64,000 nucleotides of DNA. Origin: Azolla caroliniana. Its lineage: Eukaryota; Plantae; Polypodiophyta. Position numbers and translations under genes: made by a program. Under the pieces are notes generated by a model that was given only the letters and a program-made list of their open reading frames with translations, had not been told where the DNA came from and ran no database searches. Every line of letters starts with the position of its first letter. The first letter of the stretch is position 1. The DNA lies in the NCBI GenBank assembly GCA_043228905.1, contig JBHGNT010000004.1:1612001-1676000 (forward strand), in the 5' to 3' direction. Below, one piece after another: positions 1 through 13,082 of this stretch.

Positions 1-1974
1 TGGCAAAGATGACAACGGTGTGGACCGTAATTGTGCTTGCCGCGGCGAAAGGGTGGCACCTCCATCAAATGGACGTCAAGAATGCCTTTCTACAAGGCGA
101 ATTAGAAGAGGAGGTGTACATGATACAACCACTCGGCTTCAACTTGAGCACCCATCCGAAAGCTGTATGCCGACTCAAGAAGCCACTCTACGGCACTCTA
201 CGGCCTCAAGCAAGCACCGTGTGCTTGGCATTTGAAGATAACACAATATCTTGATGAAATTGGATTCTATATGTCAAAATCGGACAACTCCCTCTACATA
301 CAAAGCGATTCCGGAAGTCCGATCGTCATCATATTATATGTGGATGACCTAGTCATTGGAGGTGAGCATCTCGTCGAAATCAATAAGGTCAAATCCCTCC
401 TTTCCGACAAGTTCGAGATGACGGACATGAAGGAGCTCCGCTACTTCCTAGGCATCGAGGTAATTCGAACTTTGGCCGGAATCATGATCTCTCAACGACA
501 CTATATCCTCAACTTGTTATACAAGTTCGGAATGGCTGAGTTCAAATATGTGACAACCCCTCTTGATCGCAATCTTAGACTAGATGCGAACTCCGGCACC
601 AAAGTGTGTGAGCCGACTCAGTATCGGCAACTCATCGGGAGTCTCATCTACCTCACAATCACTTGACCTGATCTCAGTTATCCGGTTGGTCTCCTTAGTC
701 AATTCATGCAAACACCACGTGATACTCACTTGGATTGCGCTAAGCGAGTTCTACGGTACGTGAGCGGCACAATGGATTGCGGCATCCTCTACAGGACCAC
801 GATGCCAATATGCCTCGAGGAGTACACAGACGCCGATTGGGCCGGCTACAAAGCTGATAGAAGATCAACCAACGGATTTGTCTTCTCCCTCGACGGTGGA
901 GCAATATCCTTGAGTAGCAAGAAGCAGCCTACCGTCGCTCTTTCGAGTACGGAGGCGGAATACAGGGGGCGCAGCCGTAGCTGCATGTGAAGCTGTATGG
1001 TTCAAGAGGATTTTGAAGGATCTGGGCGTACCCATCAAAGATCCGACTTCCCTTTACTGCGACAACATAAGCAGTATCTATCTGGCTCGGAATGGTGTTC
1101 CATGCACGGACAAAGCACATCGAAGTGCACTATCACTTCATCTGAGAGCGCATTCTAGCTGGCGATGTCAACCTACAACACATTAGCACCAATCTTCAAA
1201 CGACCGACATCTTCACTAAAGCCTTAGGAGCCGACAAGCTATGGCAATTCTTGACCGATCTCGGATTGACGATCCCTGACCTGCCAAGCTTGAGGGGGAG
1301 TACTGAAGACATTACGCAATAACGCGTGGATTCCGCAAACCACGCACACTACGCAATAACACGTGGATTACACAACGAAGCCGTGTGGATTACACAACCG
1401 TGCAACGAAGCCGATCTACCACACAAAGCCGCGAAGAAAGATGCAAGCCGAAGCGCAGACTTTGCAACTACGCACAACGCAAGCTAGAGCACGGATTCTG
1501 CAACTCCGCATAAATGCGAGTCGAAGAGGATTTCGGATATCGTCTGAAACCGACCCAACTTGACCTTGACGGGGCGTGTTGAGAATCAAGCTCAACTTGG
1601 TCTAGTGTGTGAACTCACCTTGAGAGTGAATAGACACTCTAACAGTCAAGAATCACCATTAAGTCACCTCTTTGTATTCTAACATTTAGTATGAGTCATA
1701 GAATCATATTCTATGAAACATAACTTATGAGCTTTCACATTCCCCATGCTCCATGAGCCTTGTAGTTAATGAAGAGAGAGGGTGACTATATAAAGCACCC
1801 TCCTCCCACCTTGTATTGGGTTGAGTCTTTCTCCTTTGTTAACATACTCTTACCTTGCGTATTCTCTGTGTCTTATTCCTTGTCTCTTTCACTCTCTCTC
1901 TCTCTCTCTCTCTCATACACACACATAACTCATATCTCTTCCGCTTCACAAGAATCCATATCCAATTCTTTACA
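1..1974 (+). mobile_element. 3' part of a degenerate Ty1/copia LTR retrotransposon (RT-RNaseH, PPT, 3' LTR)
   Basis: ORF pieces with HQMDVKNAFLQG, LYVDD, YTDADWAG..RRST, SSTEAEY and TKHIEVHYHF, broken by frameshifts and stops. Purine-rich tract at about 1568-1576, then an LTR TGTTGAGAATC...TTCTTTACA at 1577-1974. The 5' half lies upstream of the window. Confidence 0.95.
1577..1974 (+). repeat. copia 3' LTR (398 bp)
   Basis: TG...CA termini and TATATAAA near 1787. Its end matches the LTR end of the related copia at 42750-42766 and 50045-50063. Followed by ATTCC. Confidence 0.9.
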
Positions 1975-4569
1975 ATTCCACATAACTTTCGGAGTTATTG
2001 GCAAAATTCACAGTTCAAGGAATGTATTAATAACTTACCAACGAGTGTCATCGTATCCATTATTGACTTTGTAGAAAACTATACATTTAAAGTTCAAAAT
2101 GAGGTTCAATCAATGCATTGGTACAATGATCAATGTACAATACTTGTACATATTTGCTATTGGAGACAAGATGGTGAGTTACATAAGAAATCAATATTTT
2201 ACATTTCAGATGATAAAAAGCATGATACACTATTTGTTCAACATTGTTTTAAGCTTCACTATGCAGATTTATTGTCTTTAGGGTTTAGCTTTAACCGTCA
2301 TTGGGTTTGGTTTGATGGTGCTGCCTTGTAGTTTAAGGCGGCATGATCGTTCTACTTTATCGCCAGGTAATTTTTAATCCATATGTTTAGTACTTATAAT
2401 GCAATGTCTAAGGAAGTAAGTCTTGTGTTAGTGCATGCATACTAATTATGTTTGTAACTATTCAAATACAGTACTATTCAAATGGATGCATGCATACTAA
2501 TTATGTTTGTAACTATGTTAAGTGTTCTTGATTGATCACATAGTACCATCCTGTCACGTGGATCTGTCTTTATTATCTTTTAATCCATGTGGAGTGTTCT
2601 CCATAGACACATTGTACTGTGTTGTGTGTTGTATCTGTACTAAATTAGTATTTATTGAAGGATGTAAAGTACTCGTCTTGTACTCATAGTATTGGCCATT
2701 CTTAAGAGTTTGTACTAAGTATCTTTTAGTCCATGTTGAGTGCTCTCCATGGACACATTGTATTGTACCGTGTGTTGTATCTATACTAAATTAGTATTTA
2801 TTGAAGGATGTAAAGTACTCGTCTTGTACTCATAGTATTTTCCATCCTTAAGAGTTAGTATTAATTATCTTTAATCCATGTTAAGTGTTCTCCATGGACA
2901 CACTATATTGTACTGTGTGTTGTATCTGTACTAAATCAGTATTTATTGAAGGATGTAAAGTACATGTCTTGTACTCAGTACTGTCCTATATTGAAGAGTT
3001 TGTACTAATTATCTTTTAATCCATGTTGAGTGTTCTCCATGGACACACTGTATTGTACTGTGTGTTGTATCTGTACTAAATCAGTATTTATTGAAGGATG
3101 TAAAGTACATGTCTTGTACTCATAGTATTGTCCTATATTGAAGAGTTTGTACTAATTATCTTTTAATCCATGTTGAGTGTTCTCCATGGACACACTGTAT
3201 TGTACTATGTGTTGTATCTGTACTAAATCAATATTTATTGAAAGACACACGAAGTACATGTCTTGTACTCATAGTACTGTCCTATATTGAAGAGTTTGTA
3301 CTAATTATCTTTTAATCCATGTTGTGTTCTCCATGGACACATTGTATTGTACTGTGTGTTTTATCTGTACTAAATTAGTATTAATGGATGTAAAGTACTC
3401 GACGTCAACAACATAGTACTGTCCAATATTGACGAGTTTGTACTAATTATCTTTTAATACATGTAGAGTGTTTTGCATGAACACATTGTACTATGTTTTG
3501 TGTTGTATCCATACTAAATTAGTATTAATGGATGTTAAGTACAGATGGTTGACAACATAGTACTATTTATCTTTTAATTAGTGTAGAGTGTTCTCCATGG
3601 ATACGTTGTGTTATGCTTCGTTTTGTATTTGTGATTGACAACATAGTACTAATGTTTGTTGGAAACCTGGGATACAAAAGCAGATACTTCTCCTTATTCA
3701 ACATTCGTATGCAATGGAACTACTTCGAGTCTGGACATGGAAAAGGAGAGCATGATGGCGCGGGGGCTCTGATCAAACGTGCCCTTACAAGTGAGCAGTT
3801 GGATAATAATGGTGCTAAGTTACAAAATGCACATGATGTTGTGGAGTGGCTAACATGGAAGATGTCAAATGATGGTAAGAACAGATTGTTTGTTGAGGTT
3901 CGCGCCGATGAGGTCGATAGAACTAAATCATATGGTTGTAAAACCATGAAAGGCACACGAAGCACCCATTGTGTATTAGGGTTTAGCCGCAAGGACACAA
4001 CACAATTGTTACTCCATACTTTATCATGCTTTTGTTCCATGTGTATAGATGAAGCTTGGGAAAAATGCATCAACCTATCAATCGTGGATTCTTGGAAATT
4101 GCAGAAGCTTGAGCCTGAACGACAAGATGATATTGAAGAGGATGCACATTCAAACGATATTGTATACTACAACCAACATCAAGACTTGGCAGTTTTATTG
4201 GAAGTTGGAGATCATTTTGGGGTGCTCAAATCTCCTCAAAATGAAGATTTAGAATACTACTACATTGTGGTGTGCAAGCAAGGAAAGACATTATTGAAAG
4301 AAGTGGTGAGGGATGGCTGGGGCAACATGTTCAACGTTGGTGAGTCTGTCGTGTATGGAAACTATTATGCAAAGTTGCCGTAGTGCAAGAACACATATGC
4401 ATTACTAAAGGATGCACCCATTGCAATAATCTACACTGCTGCCATTCTTGCGATCAAGTTCAATATGACTCAAGCAAAGCACAAGGTTAAGGGATACAAC
4501 ATTGTCTACAAGGTCCCCCAAGAGGTTCATGAGCACATATTAGGGGAGGTCTCTCTGTTTAATGCCTGA
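1975..4569 (+). pseudogene. DDE/D-type DNA transposase, C-terminal part (Sola2-like motifs); 2 exons 1975-2366 and 3684-4569
   Basis: Motifs IDFVENY..QNEVQSMHW, YISDDKKHD, WFDGAAL*FK and WNYFESGHGKGEHDGAGALIKRAL, then LSCFCSMC..C. A GT..AG intron 2367-3683 joins IAR|YFSLFNI in frame. In-frame stops: TAG 2329, TGA 2344, TAG 4381. Superfamily assignment is from recalled motifs only. Confidence 0.75.
2572..3655. repeat. Tandem repeat with a ~146-bp unit, 7-8 copies, filling the transposase intron
   Basis: The TTATCTTTTAATCCATG unit anchor recurs at about 2585, 2731, 2876, 3021, 3168, 3317 and 3459, with a degenerate last copy. Confidence 0.95.
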
Positions 4570-5844
4570 AAGTTACCCTATTAATACATTATAGTTGGCA
4601 ACTGAAAAACATCCGCTTGTAGTTCACTATTTGATGTATTGATATATTAATTTTGATGATTGACAAATGAATCGATATATTTTGTCTTTCTTCTAAAGTG
4701 TTTAGAGTATTTATTGAGCTTGTTTTGTAAGTGTTCATGGTAATTATAGAGTTGCTTGTTTCTATGGTTTAGGGTGTGAAGTCTTCAATACTTAGCAGCA
4801 TCAATATGGCCCAAACTTATTCAACTATCAATACCAGTAGTCTAATCCCTATTGTGTTAAGTCTCTATTCGACTCTAACTATGTGCACTCAAGGAGACCA
4901 TACTTTGCAAGTATCAATATACATATTAGTTTAGTACTAATGTCAATTGTAAGTGTTCACTAATACATAGTAGTCTCCCGAAGTATCTCAGTTAGATGGA
5001 TACATACATCTTATTTTAGTACTAATGTGAATGTCAAATTGTTCCATACTACATTCATGGCTGCATGACAAATTGACAATAGAATAAAATCTCATTCTCT
5101 ACAATTAGCAATATAGAATTTTATTTGTAATCAACACAATCATGGCTGCATGACAATTGACAATAGAATCCATTTTCATTCTCTACAATTAGCAATGTAG
5201 AATTTCACATTACACTACAACACTAGATGGTTGGTCTGATCTTCATAGCATTTCACAGGGGCAATTTAGATAGTACGCTGGTAACAGTTCAGTTGTAGTT
5301 CAACACAATCATGGTTGCATGACAATTAACAATAGAATACATTCTCATTCTCTGCAATTGGCAATATAGAATTTCACATTACGTTAACAACACTAGATGA
5401 GTGAACTAGAGTCAGTACAACATTTCACATTAGCAATTTAGACAGTATTTTGGTATACCAAATAGTTCAAGTTCAGACATCACTAACAGTTCAACTATAG
5501 TTCAAGTACAATCGAAAGACAATCAAGCACCATTTCACAATTTCCCCGATCTTGTAATGCGCTTGTTATTGGTGCCGTTTTTTGTGATTTTACATTCTTC
5601 TTTATTTTAAAGCCTTTAGGTATCAGTGTACTAAGTGGCACTTCATCATCAGAGGCATCAGAGACAGGTGTGGATGTACGGGCACCTTGTACCAGTGGCA
5701 AGCTTGAGAGAGAAACTGTGTTTTCTGCAATTGCAATGCTTGTACACACATCCACAAAGGTACTGTTGATAGTCAAATTACCACCGTGCTCCCCCTCTTG
5801 GGTGCTCTTTATTGCCTGGTCCTCATGGGTGATGCTAGTATGCT

Positions 5845-6167
5845 CATTCTCAGTACAATCAGGCTCCTCTTCATTACTAGCTATATTATTTCCACACTCC
5901 TCATGGGCTTTTATAGACACTACTAGCACATTCTCAATACAATCAGGCTCCTCTTCATTACTAGTTATATTCTTTCCACACTCCTCATGGGCTTCTATAG
6001 AAACTACTAGCACATTCTCAGTACAATCAGGCTCCTCTTCAGTACTAGAGATATTCTTTCCACACTCATGGGATTCTTTAGACACTACTAGCACATTCTC
6101 AGTACAATCAGGCTCCTCTTCAGTACTAGCGATATTCTTTCCACACTCCTCATGGGATTCTTTAGAC
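5845..6167 (-). repeat. Coding tandem repeat, 4 x 81-84 bp (EECGKNIASTEEEPDCTENVLVVS-like)
   Basis: Units start at 5845, 5929, 6013 and 6094. Unit lengths are multiples of 3, so the frame of ORF 5495-6169 is preserved. Confidence 0.92.
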
Positions 6168-7279
6168 AAATTGTTGTTTGTACATGCCAGCTGCTCTTCA
6201 AATATGAATGCTTCCTTTTTCTCACAGTCCTCATGTGTGGAAGTTGTGCTCCCAGAGTCTGCCTCCGTGCAAAGGTTAATCCTAGAATTTGACTCTGCAC
6301 TTGTGCTCCATATAGTTCCCGATTCATTTGATTGCAGTTGGGAATCAGACTGCTCTTGTAAACCTAAATAATGGGATTCCAGAGAATATTAGTATCAACT
6401 CACATACTCAAAAGTTTGCAAACATACCAACAACAATGAACATAAGGTTAATAGCCACATTTTTACCTATTGTTACATCGTCATACTGTACAGCCGTAGA
6501 CAACCCATTGCAAGTGGTAGGCTCGGTCATCTTGTCCAAAACATCTAAGTGTTCAACAAGTTGGAGCTCATTGTCAATAGAAGATTTCATAATAGTATCT
6601 ATAGAATGCACCAAAAGCACCACTATAATAGGCTTGTTATGATCTAAATCATTGTTTTCTTAGAGGGCTTTTGACGTGTACTTGGGAGTGTGATAAATTC
6701 GTCTTCATGATCAGGTTTTGGACTCGTATCTCCCTCACCAAAGATCATTTCGTCATTAGCTAGTAACACAAGTACATGGTATTAGACAATGCATTAGGTT
6801 GACAACTCTCCGGACAGGTGAGAACATATATGACTCACCATTGCATTCAACTCTGCCTTTCTTGCCCTTTCCATACAACTTTCTTGCAACATTCCTCTTC
6901 TTAGTGGGCTCTTTTTTAAAGACATTAGGCATTCAACATACACACAAATGAGAATTAAGATATGCTAACTCAATTTGTGTTACCTAGATTGTTTTGATGT
7001 TGACCGGAGCTTGGGGAATTTGTTTGTAGAAGCATATGTTCCACTGCTCCAATGGCCCTTCTTATACATTCATTATCATCATAACACTCATAGGTTACTG
7101 GTAATGATGGCCCCTGAACCTTGGAATGTGCAGTAGATACCGAGGGTTTAGGCATAGGGGTTGGTTGTTCCATTACCTTCCCTAGCGTGGAGTTGCTTGA
7201 CACTACAACATTCATTGCAAGAAACAAAAAAACCTTCAATGTTAATACAGTGATATAAAAAATACAATGTAGGTCACAA

Positions 7280-8300
7280 GAACTGCATTACTAAATCATT
7301 AGGCTACACCTAGTTCCCATATTGCACATCTAGTACTAATCGTGAACAATGTATTACTCACTTAGTTCCCAAATTACACAACTAGTACTAATCACGAACA
7401 ATGTACTACTCACTTAGTTCCCAAATTACACAACTAGTACTAATCGTCAACAATGTACTACTCAATTTTGAAATTACACAAGTAGTACTAATCGTCAACA
7501 ATGTACTACAAGTATAGTGTGTACTAACACTAGTACTAGGCACGTTGTAATATAGATTGGACTAACATCTAATCCAACAAATGTAGATTGGACTTTAATA
7601 CTAATGTGGTATTTTGCACACAAGTAATACTAAACGTGATATGTGTTCTACACACCTAATTACATAACTAGTACTAATTACACCAACAGTATTAATCTTC
7701 AACATTATTAGTACTAAATGTGATGTGTTTGACACACCTCATTTCCAAATTACACAAATTGTACTAATCTTCAGCAATTTACCATACACCTTGTTCCCAA
7801 ATTACATAACTAGTACTAATCGTGAACAATGTACTACACAACTAATTCCCAAATTACACAAATAGTACTAATAGTCAACAATGTAATACAAGTATAGTGT
7901 ATACTAAACTAGCACTAGGCAAGTTGTAATATAGATTGGACGAACAACTTATCCAGCAAATACATCTAAACAACTTCCTTCTTTAGTACTAAATTGGTAT
8001 TTTGCATACAAGTAGTACTAATCATGATATGTGTTCTACACTCCTAATTCCCAAATTACAGGTTTATTACTAATCGTTCACAATGTACTACATACCTTGT
8101 GGTCAAATTACATAACTAGTACCAATCCTGAACAATGTCACACTTGGTTCCCAAATTACTCAAATAGTACTAATTCTGGAAAATATCCGTTCAACTACCC
8201 ATACCAATTATATATTAAGAGTATTGCCAATACTAACCCACATAAATAGGGTTCCACATATTAGTTGTTGGAGCTACACTAGTACTAATCCATTGTTTTC
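7280..8300. repeat. Degenerate ~50-bp tandem repeats rich in TAGTACTA in an intron of the RING gene
   Basis: Recurring TTCCCAAATTACACAACTAGTACTAATCG-like units, plus a larger duplicated block (about 7470-7650 vs 7850-8050). Confidence 0.85.
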
Positions 8301-10406
8301 CTAAATTTGAAGTATGAATTGTGGCGTTCACTAGTTCTAATCCAAATGTAAATTGACATCATATAATACAAACAATAGAATAGTACAGCCACATACCGTA
8401 CGGGTGTACTTTTAAACTCCAAGCATAGTACCACTCAGCAGCAACTGTAGTTTTACAGTCCATACATGTATTTTCTTTCTCAAAATGATACTTAGCACAT
8501 AGCACATGATATGTGTGCAAGCATGGTGTAATCACAACATCCATAGCCTTGAATCCGAGGCCACAAAATATACACCTGGTAGATTGCAAACACAAGTTAC
8601 AATATATTAGCTAATATGATATTTATACCACAGAAGTAGAAATAAATAACTTTTAAAGCCAATACCGTGATATAGCTATACTAGTAATGGTACTTTCCAT
8701 TCCACTTGGGTGCTCAATTACAGATGGATACAAAGTTTCAAAACCTTTTCATTTTAAATCTTGCATCAAGCACGCAAGGTTCTCAGAATGCAACTTTAAA
8801 GCTGTCAACTTATTATCTAGTTCACAATGTGCAATTTTGCAAGTATCAAGGTCTCTCATCTGTGATCCTAATTGAGTGCCCATATTGTTCAGCTCTTTCT
8901 TCAACTCCTCTTTCAACACCTCACTTTCTGAATTTTGGATTGTCGATGCAATCCATTCATATGTAGTCTTTATTGAAGAGAATTTCTTTTCTGCCTGTAT
9001 CTCAGCTGATTTAACTATTTCCAAATCAGCAAGTAGTGCTTGTATTCTTGAGCTCATAGAAGCTATGCAACCGGCCATCATCTGTTCATGCTTTTCAGTC
9101 ATTGTGGCCTATAGCTTTGCAGATTGAACTTGGTGGACAGGTGTTGTAGCCGGAATATCCACATGAGAGGTTCCCGATGACTTCAAGCCAGTGTTGGTAC
9201 TGGAGGAGCCTTTATAATGTTCTAATCGGTGACGATTAAAATCTTCCCAATCTACGTCGATGCCACCCTGAACTTCACATGCAAATGCACGTGCAAAAAC
9301 AGTACCCACTTCATTGTTACAAATTCGATTACTATCATAAACATGTTCATATCTCGTCTTCAATAAGTTCACATATTCCTTCTTCAATCCACTTATGTGG
9401 AATCCTCACCTTGTATCAGGATGTGGTGACCCCTAGGTTTTTATCAACCACTCTCTCAACTCTTCATAAACTTCAGGTCGTGCTCGAAGGAAATAACTCC
9501 ATCCGAGAGGTGTGTCTCGAATGATGGAGTGGCACATCTTCTTTCTCTGAGTTGATGAGTTCACCACCCTTTCTCTTGTGGGTGTCTTCTTGCTTTCTTT
9601 GATAGGTGTCCTTTTTCTTTCCTTCACTGGTGTCTTCTCTTTCTCTTTCACCAATGTCTTCTTTATGGGTGTCCTTCTCTTCATTGTCCTAGTCTTCACT
9701 ATTCTTGTTGAAAGAATATGCATGTACAAGAAGAAAACTCATCAAATTACCATCAACAACCAACAAATCATCATAGCCAACTCAATCTAAGTTGCATGTA
9801 CAAGCCATTTCAAACACACTTTAACCCTAAATAGTCGGAAAAAAACTCATCCATGTCAAACACACACAAAATAAAAACACACGGATAGGAAACACAGAAA
9901 ACAAAAACATACCAATTGGGCATGCGGCACATAGAATAGGAATTATCAAACCCTAAAAATGCAGCACAGAGAATACCTGGAGGTCGTGCAAGTTGCAAAT
10001 GGAACGATGGGTCGAAGGCAGATGGAGCCAAGGTAAGGCAGAGGTACCACATCGTGTTGATTTCTTCACCTTGGGAGCACACCAAGCCGAGAAAATCACC
10101 TATATGCAAGAGGTTGTTGACAAGGCTGCTGTAGAGGAGACAAACGAGCATACATAGAGAAAGCACATCAACAACAAGAACAACCAGCATAGAGGGGAAA
10201 CAACAATCTCTGCATATACAGAGTTCAAAGATTGTAGGGAAACAACAACAAAAATCAAGCACAAAGGGAACACAACAAGAATCACGCGAGGAAACAGAGA
10301 ATCGAAGGTGGAGTGAGAGAGAGCAAGAGAGAAAGAGAGAGATAGGTAATAGATATGTGTTTTGATTTCTAACTTTCTGCCACTCTCTGACTGACAACTT
10401 TGAGAC

Positions 10407-10440
<34 letters not shown>

Positions 10441-10562
10441 CACCAACTGACACATTCGAAACCTTCTCCAACTCTACCTAGGAGAATGAAGTTATAGTTA
10501 ATGTATTAAATACTGCCTTGGGACACTTTGATTGTGACGTATAATATCTTTGTACATTCGTA

Positions 10563-10914
10563 TTGAATTTGTTATTTGACCGAATGGGGAGGATAATAGG
10601 TGTAATGCACGAAACATGACTTATGCATCCGGTTCTGAGTTTTGGAGGTCTTGTGTTTGTGAAAAAGAACCATCATGTGAGTGGCATCGTCATACATGTC
10701 TTTTAAGAACATGTAAGGTTTGTCCGCTACCATTATTTTGTAGGCAGGAACTTGATTTGGGAAACAGTCATGTTGTGAAATGGAAATATTTAGAGTATGT
10801 GACTGAAAATATTGGCTAGGGACTTGTAACTAAGCGTATCAAGGAAGTATATAAGGAGACATGTGCTACTACCCTTATCTCAGAATTTAAGAAACAACTT
10901 GGGGAGTTCATTCT
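10563..10914 (+). pseudogene. Transposase segment that belongs N-terminal to 1975
   Basis: LNLLFDRM...SEFWRSCVCEK..CLLRTCKVC..VKWKYLEY..*..KRIKEVYKET..SEFKKQLGEFI reads in frame into PHNFRSYWQNSQFKEC at 1978 across a shared ATTCT/ATTCC pentamer. Confidence 0.75.
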
Positions 10915-11094
10915 TGTTGAGAATCAAGCTCAACTTGGTCTAGTGTGTGAACTCACCTTGAGAGTGGATAGACACTCCAACAGTCAAGAGTCACCATTAA
11001 GTCACCTCTTTGTATTCTAGCATTTAGTATGAGTCATAGAATCATATTCTATGACACATAACTTATGAGCTTTCACATTCCCCATGCTCCATGA
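10915..11094 (+). repeat. Truncated copia LTR (first 180 bp), same family as 1577-1974
   Basis: Aligns with 1577-1756 with about 5 substitutions and then stops abruptly. Confidence 0.93.
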
Positions 11095-12842
11095 CCATTT
11101 GAATCAACATATCATGCAATATATTCCTAGTTGCAATGAAACCACTTTGGGTGAGATGTATCAACTTTGGCAAATACCATTGTTGTACCACTCATCCATG
11201 ATTCACAACATGCAATGCTTAAAAAGCTCTTTGTCTTTTAGTTGAGCACATATTATGGACATTCATCGTATACCACAAAAATGGTATAGTTTCGACTTAA
11301 CTTAGATATATTGATCATCATAGCCCAGATGTTTGTATGGATGTTAAGGCAATCCCAAGCCTTTCCTAATTGCTAATGTATTTTGTTTTTCAAACATTTC
11401 ATCTTCATGATCACCACATCTTTGAGATAAAGTCATCAAATACCATATTTCCAATCTTTAGATCCAATATGCCTTAAAAAATCACTATAATCAAGATACT
11501 AGGATCATCAAACCCTATGTGTTGTATGGACAAGTTCATCCTAAGCCTTTTACTTCCTACTTGCTCGTGGTATGCTTTTTTCAATTATTTCACCTTCATG
11601 GGCATCACATCTTTGAAATAAACAGATCAAATCCCACCTCTTTAGTTTTTAGAACAATGAAAAGTAATGTACTTGTTTACTATTTGACCATGAAAAATAA
11701 TGTTATTCAAATATATGACTTTATTTTTCTTCATGGTACAAAAGTGAAGTGTTAAAGAAGATTCCATACATAGGGATGGTGTATGTGATTGGAGTGATAT
11801 CACCATATGAACATTGAAAACAAATAAGAAAGTGTCCAACTTTATCGCAAAATATCCTCTATGGTTTTTGGCAAAAAAGAAGAAATTTCATGTGTCTTAT
11901 GTCTCTCTCGTCGTCAATGTCAAATTGGGATACAGAGAGATAGTTACAAGAGACAGAGAGACAAATAATAAAGAAAGAGACATTCATACTAATGTACTAG
12001 ATTTTTTTAGCGTAAATTTTGTGCCAGATTATTGAATGTATTGTTGATGATGAAAGATTATGTTCGTGAGTGTATTATGTCAACTAACATTACAGACTGT
12101 ATTTTGCACATGAAAAAGGACATAGATGATGTGTTGTTGATTCGTAATGTCATGAATATGTTTAAGGCATGCATCCCTAGATTTGTTGTTGCATACTCAA
12201 CTCCCATTGTAGCCGCTACTTACCATCCTACAACATCATGCCCATCTGGTTGGGTTGAATGTTGCTTTGACATGGAATCTCTTCTTGTGATGGCCATTTG
12301 TCTTGATCAGAAAATTATCAGGAAATTTGTAGAGTAACTCACATGTATAATTAAGTGACATGACAAAAGCCTATCAAATATTTATAAACACTCAATCATA
12401 CAACCCATGGAGGACAATTGTATCTACATGTGATTATTTGTAATATGCAAATTATTTTAGGATAATTCAATTATTGTTTGTTCACCGTTAACCCTAAACC
12501 ACAAGAAATGACATGTGTGAACGTAACTAATACTCAATAACCAAACTAATCCTACATAAAGAAGGAGAAATTTACTCACAAACTTATGTGTATGTATATC
12601 AAACAACGCAACCCATGGCAATGATGGAACTCACAGAAGTAAACATGGATTATATCCGATGTCGTTTGTATAAAGTAGGAATCGGCCGTTCAGTTTCGGC
12701 TTAACCGGGTTGGCCTTGTCCAAACCAAACCGGTTATTATGCCTTAACTGGTTTGGAAAATTTCGAACTCGAACCAAAGTTTGGACAAACCGTTTTCACG
12801 TGGAGGTTTGTCTGTTTTTTGTTTTGTTTTGTTTTCACTTTC

Positions 12843-13082
12843 TTACGGTTTAGACGTGAACTCAGCTGAGCTGTTTGCTGAGCCGTATAAAAGTGCAAGA
12901 TCATGTGATGTCTGGCCCTCGAGTCTTGACTAGACGATCAAGAAGACTTGAGAAGACATTATTGATTGACATGACACATCGTTTACGGTTTAGACGTGAA
13001 CTCAGCTGAGCTGTTTGCTGAGCCGTATAAAAAGTGCAAGATTCTGTGATGTCTGAGCATTGAGTCTTGACTAGACGATCAA
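12843..13082 (+). promoter_or_regulatory. Duplicated ~100-bp promoter module upstream of RLK copy 1 with TATA-like and W-box motifs
   Basis: Direct repeats 12843-12941 and 12983-13082, each containing GACGTG, TATAAAA and TTGACT. An extra AGTCAA lies at about 13112. The module is 170-410 bp upstream of the ATG. Function is inferred. Confidence 0.5.

Larger units (their letters stand above)
5240..9684 (-). pseudogene. Multi-exon putative transposon accessory gene: basic N-terminus, coiled coil, RING-H2 finger, acidic repeats
   Basis: ATG 9684 (MKRRTPIKK...). ORFs 9433-9729, 9109-9387 and 8749-9102 share one frame and are separated only by TAG/TGA stops. The exon at about 8397-8575 encodes CIFC-x13-CLH-x2-H-x2-C-x10-CMDC. 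Further GT..AG-bounded exons lie at about 6983-7202, 6838-6911, 6467-6760 and 5530-6363. The 3' end is uncertain. Confidence 0.65.

Noticed and set aside
5670-6371. 233-aa plus-strand ORF
   Set aside because: Antisense shadow of the minus-strand acidic-repeat exon.
11360-11665. Diverged ~190-bp direct repeat, possibly an old coding remnant
   Set aside because: No interpretable reading frame or family motif could be established by eye.
12676-12795. hAT/MITE end (TAGGG followed by AACCG/CGGTT motifs)
   Set aside because: No matching second terminus or TSD found, so too weak to call.
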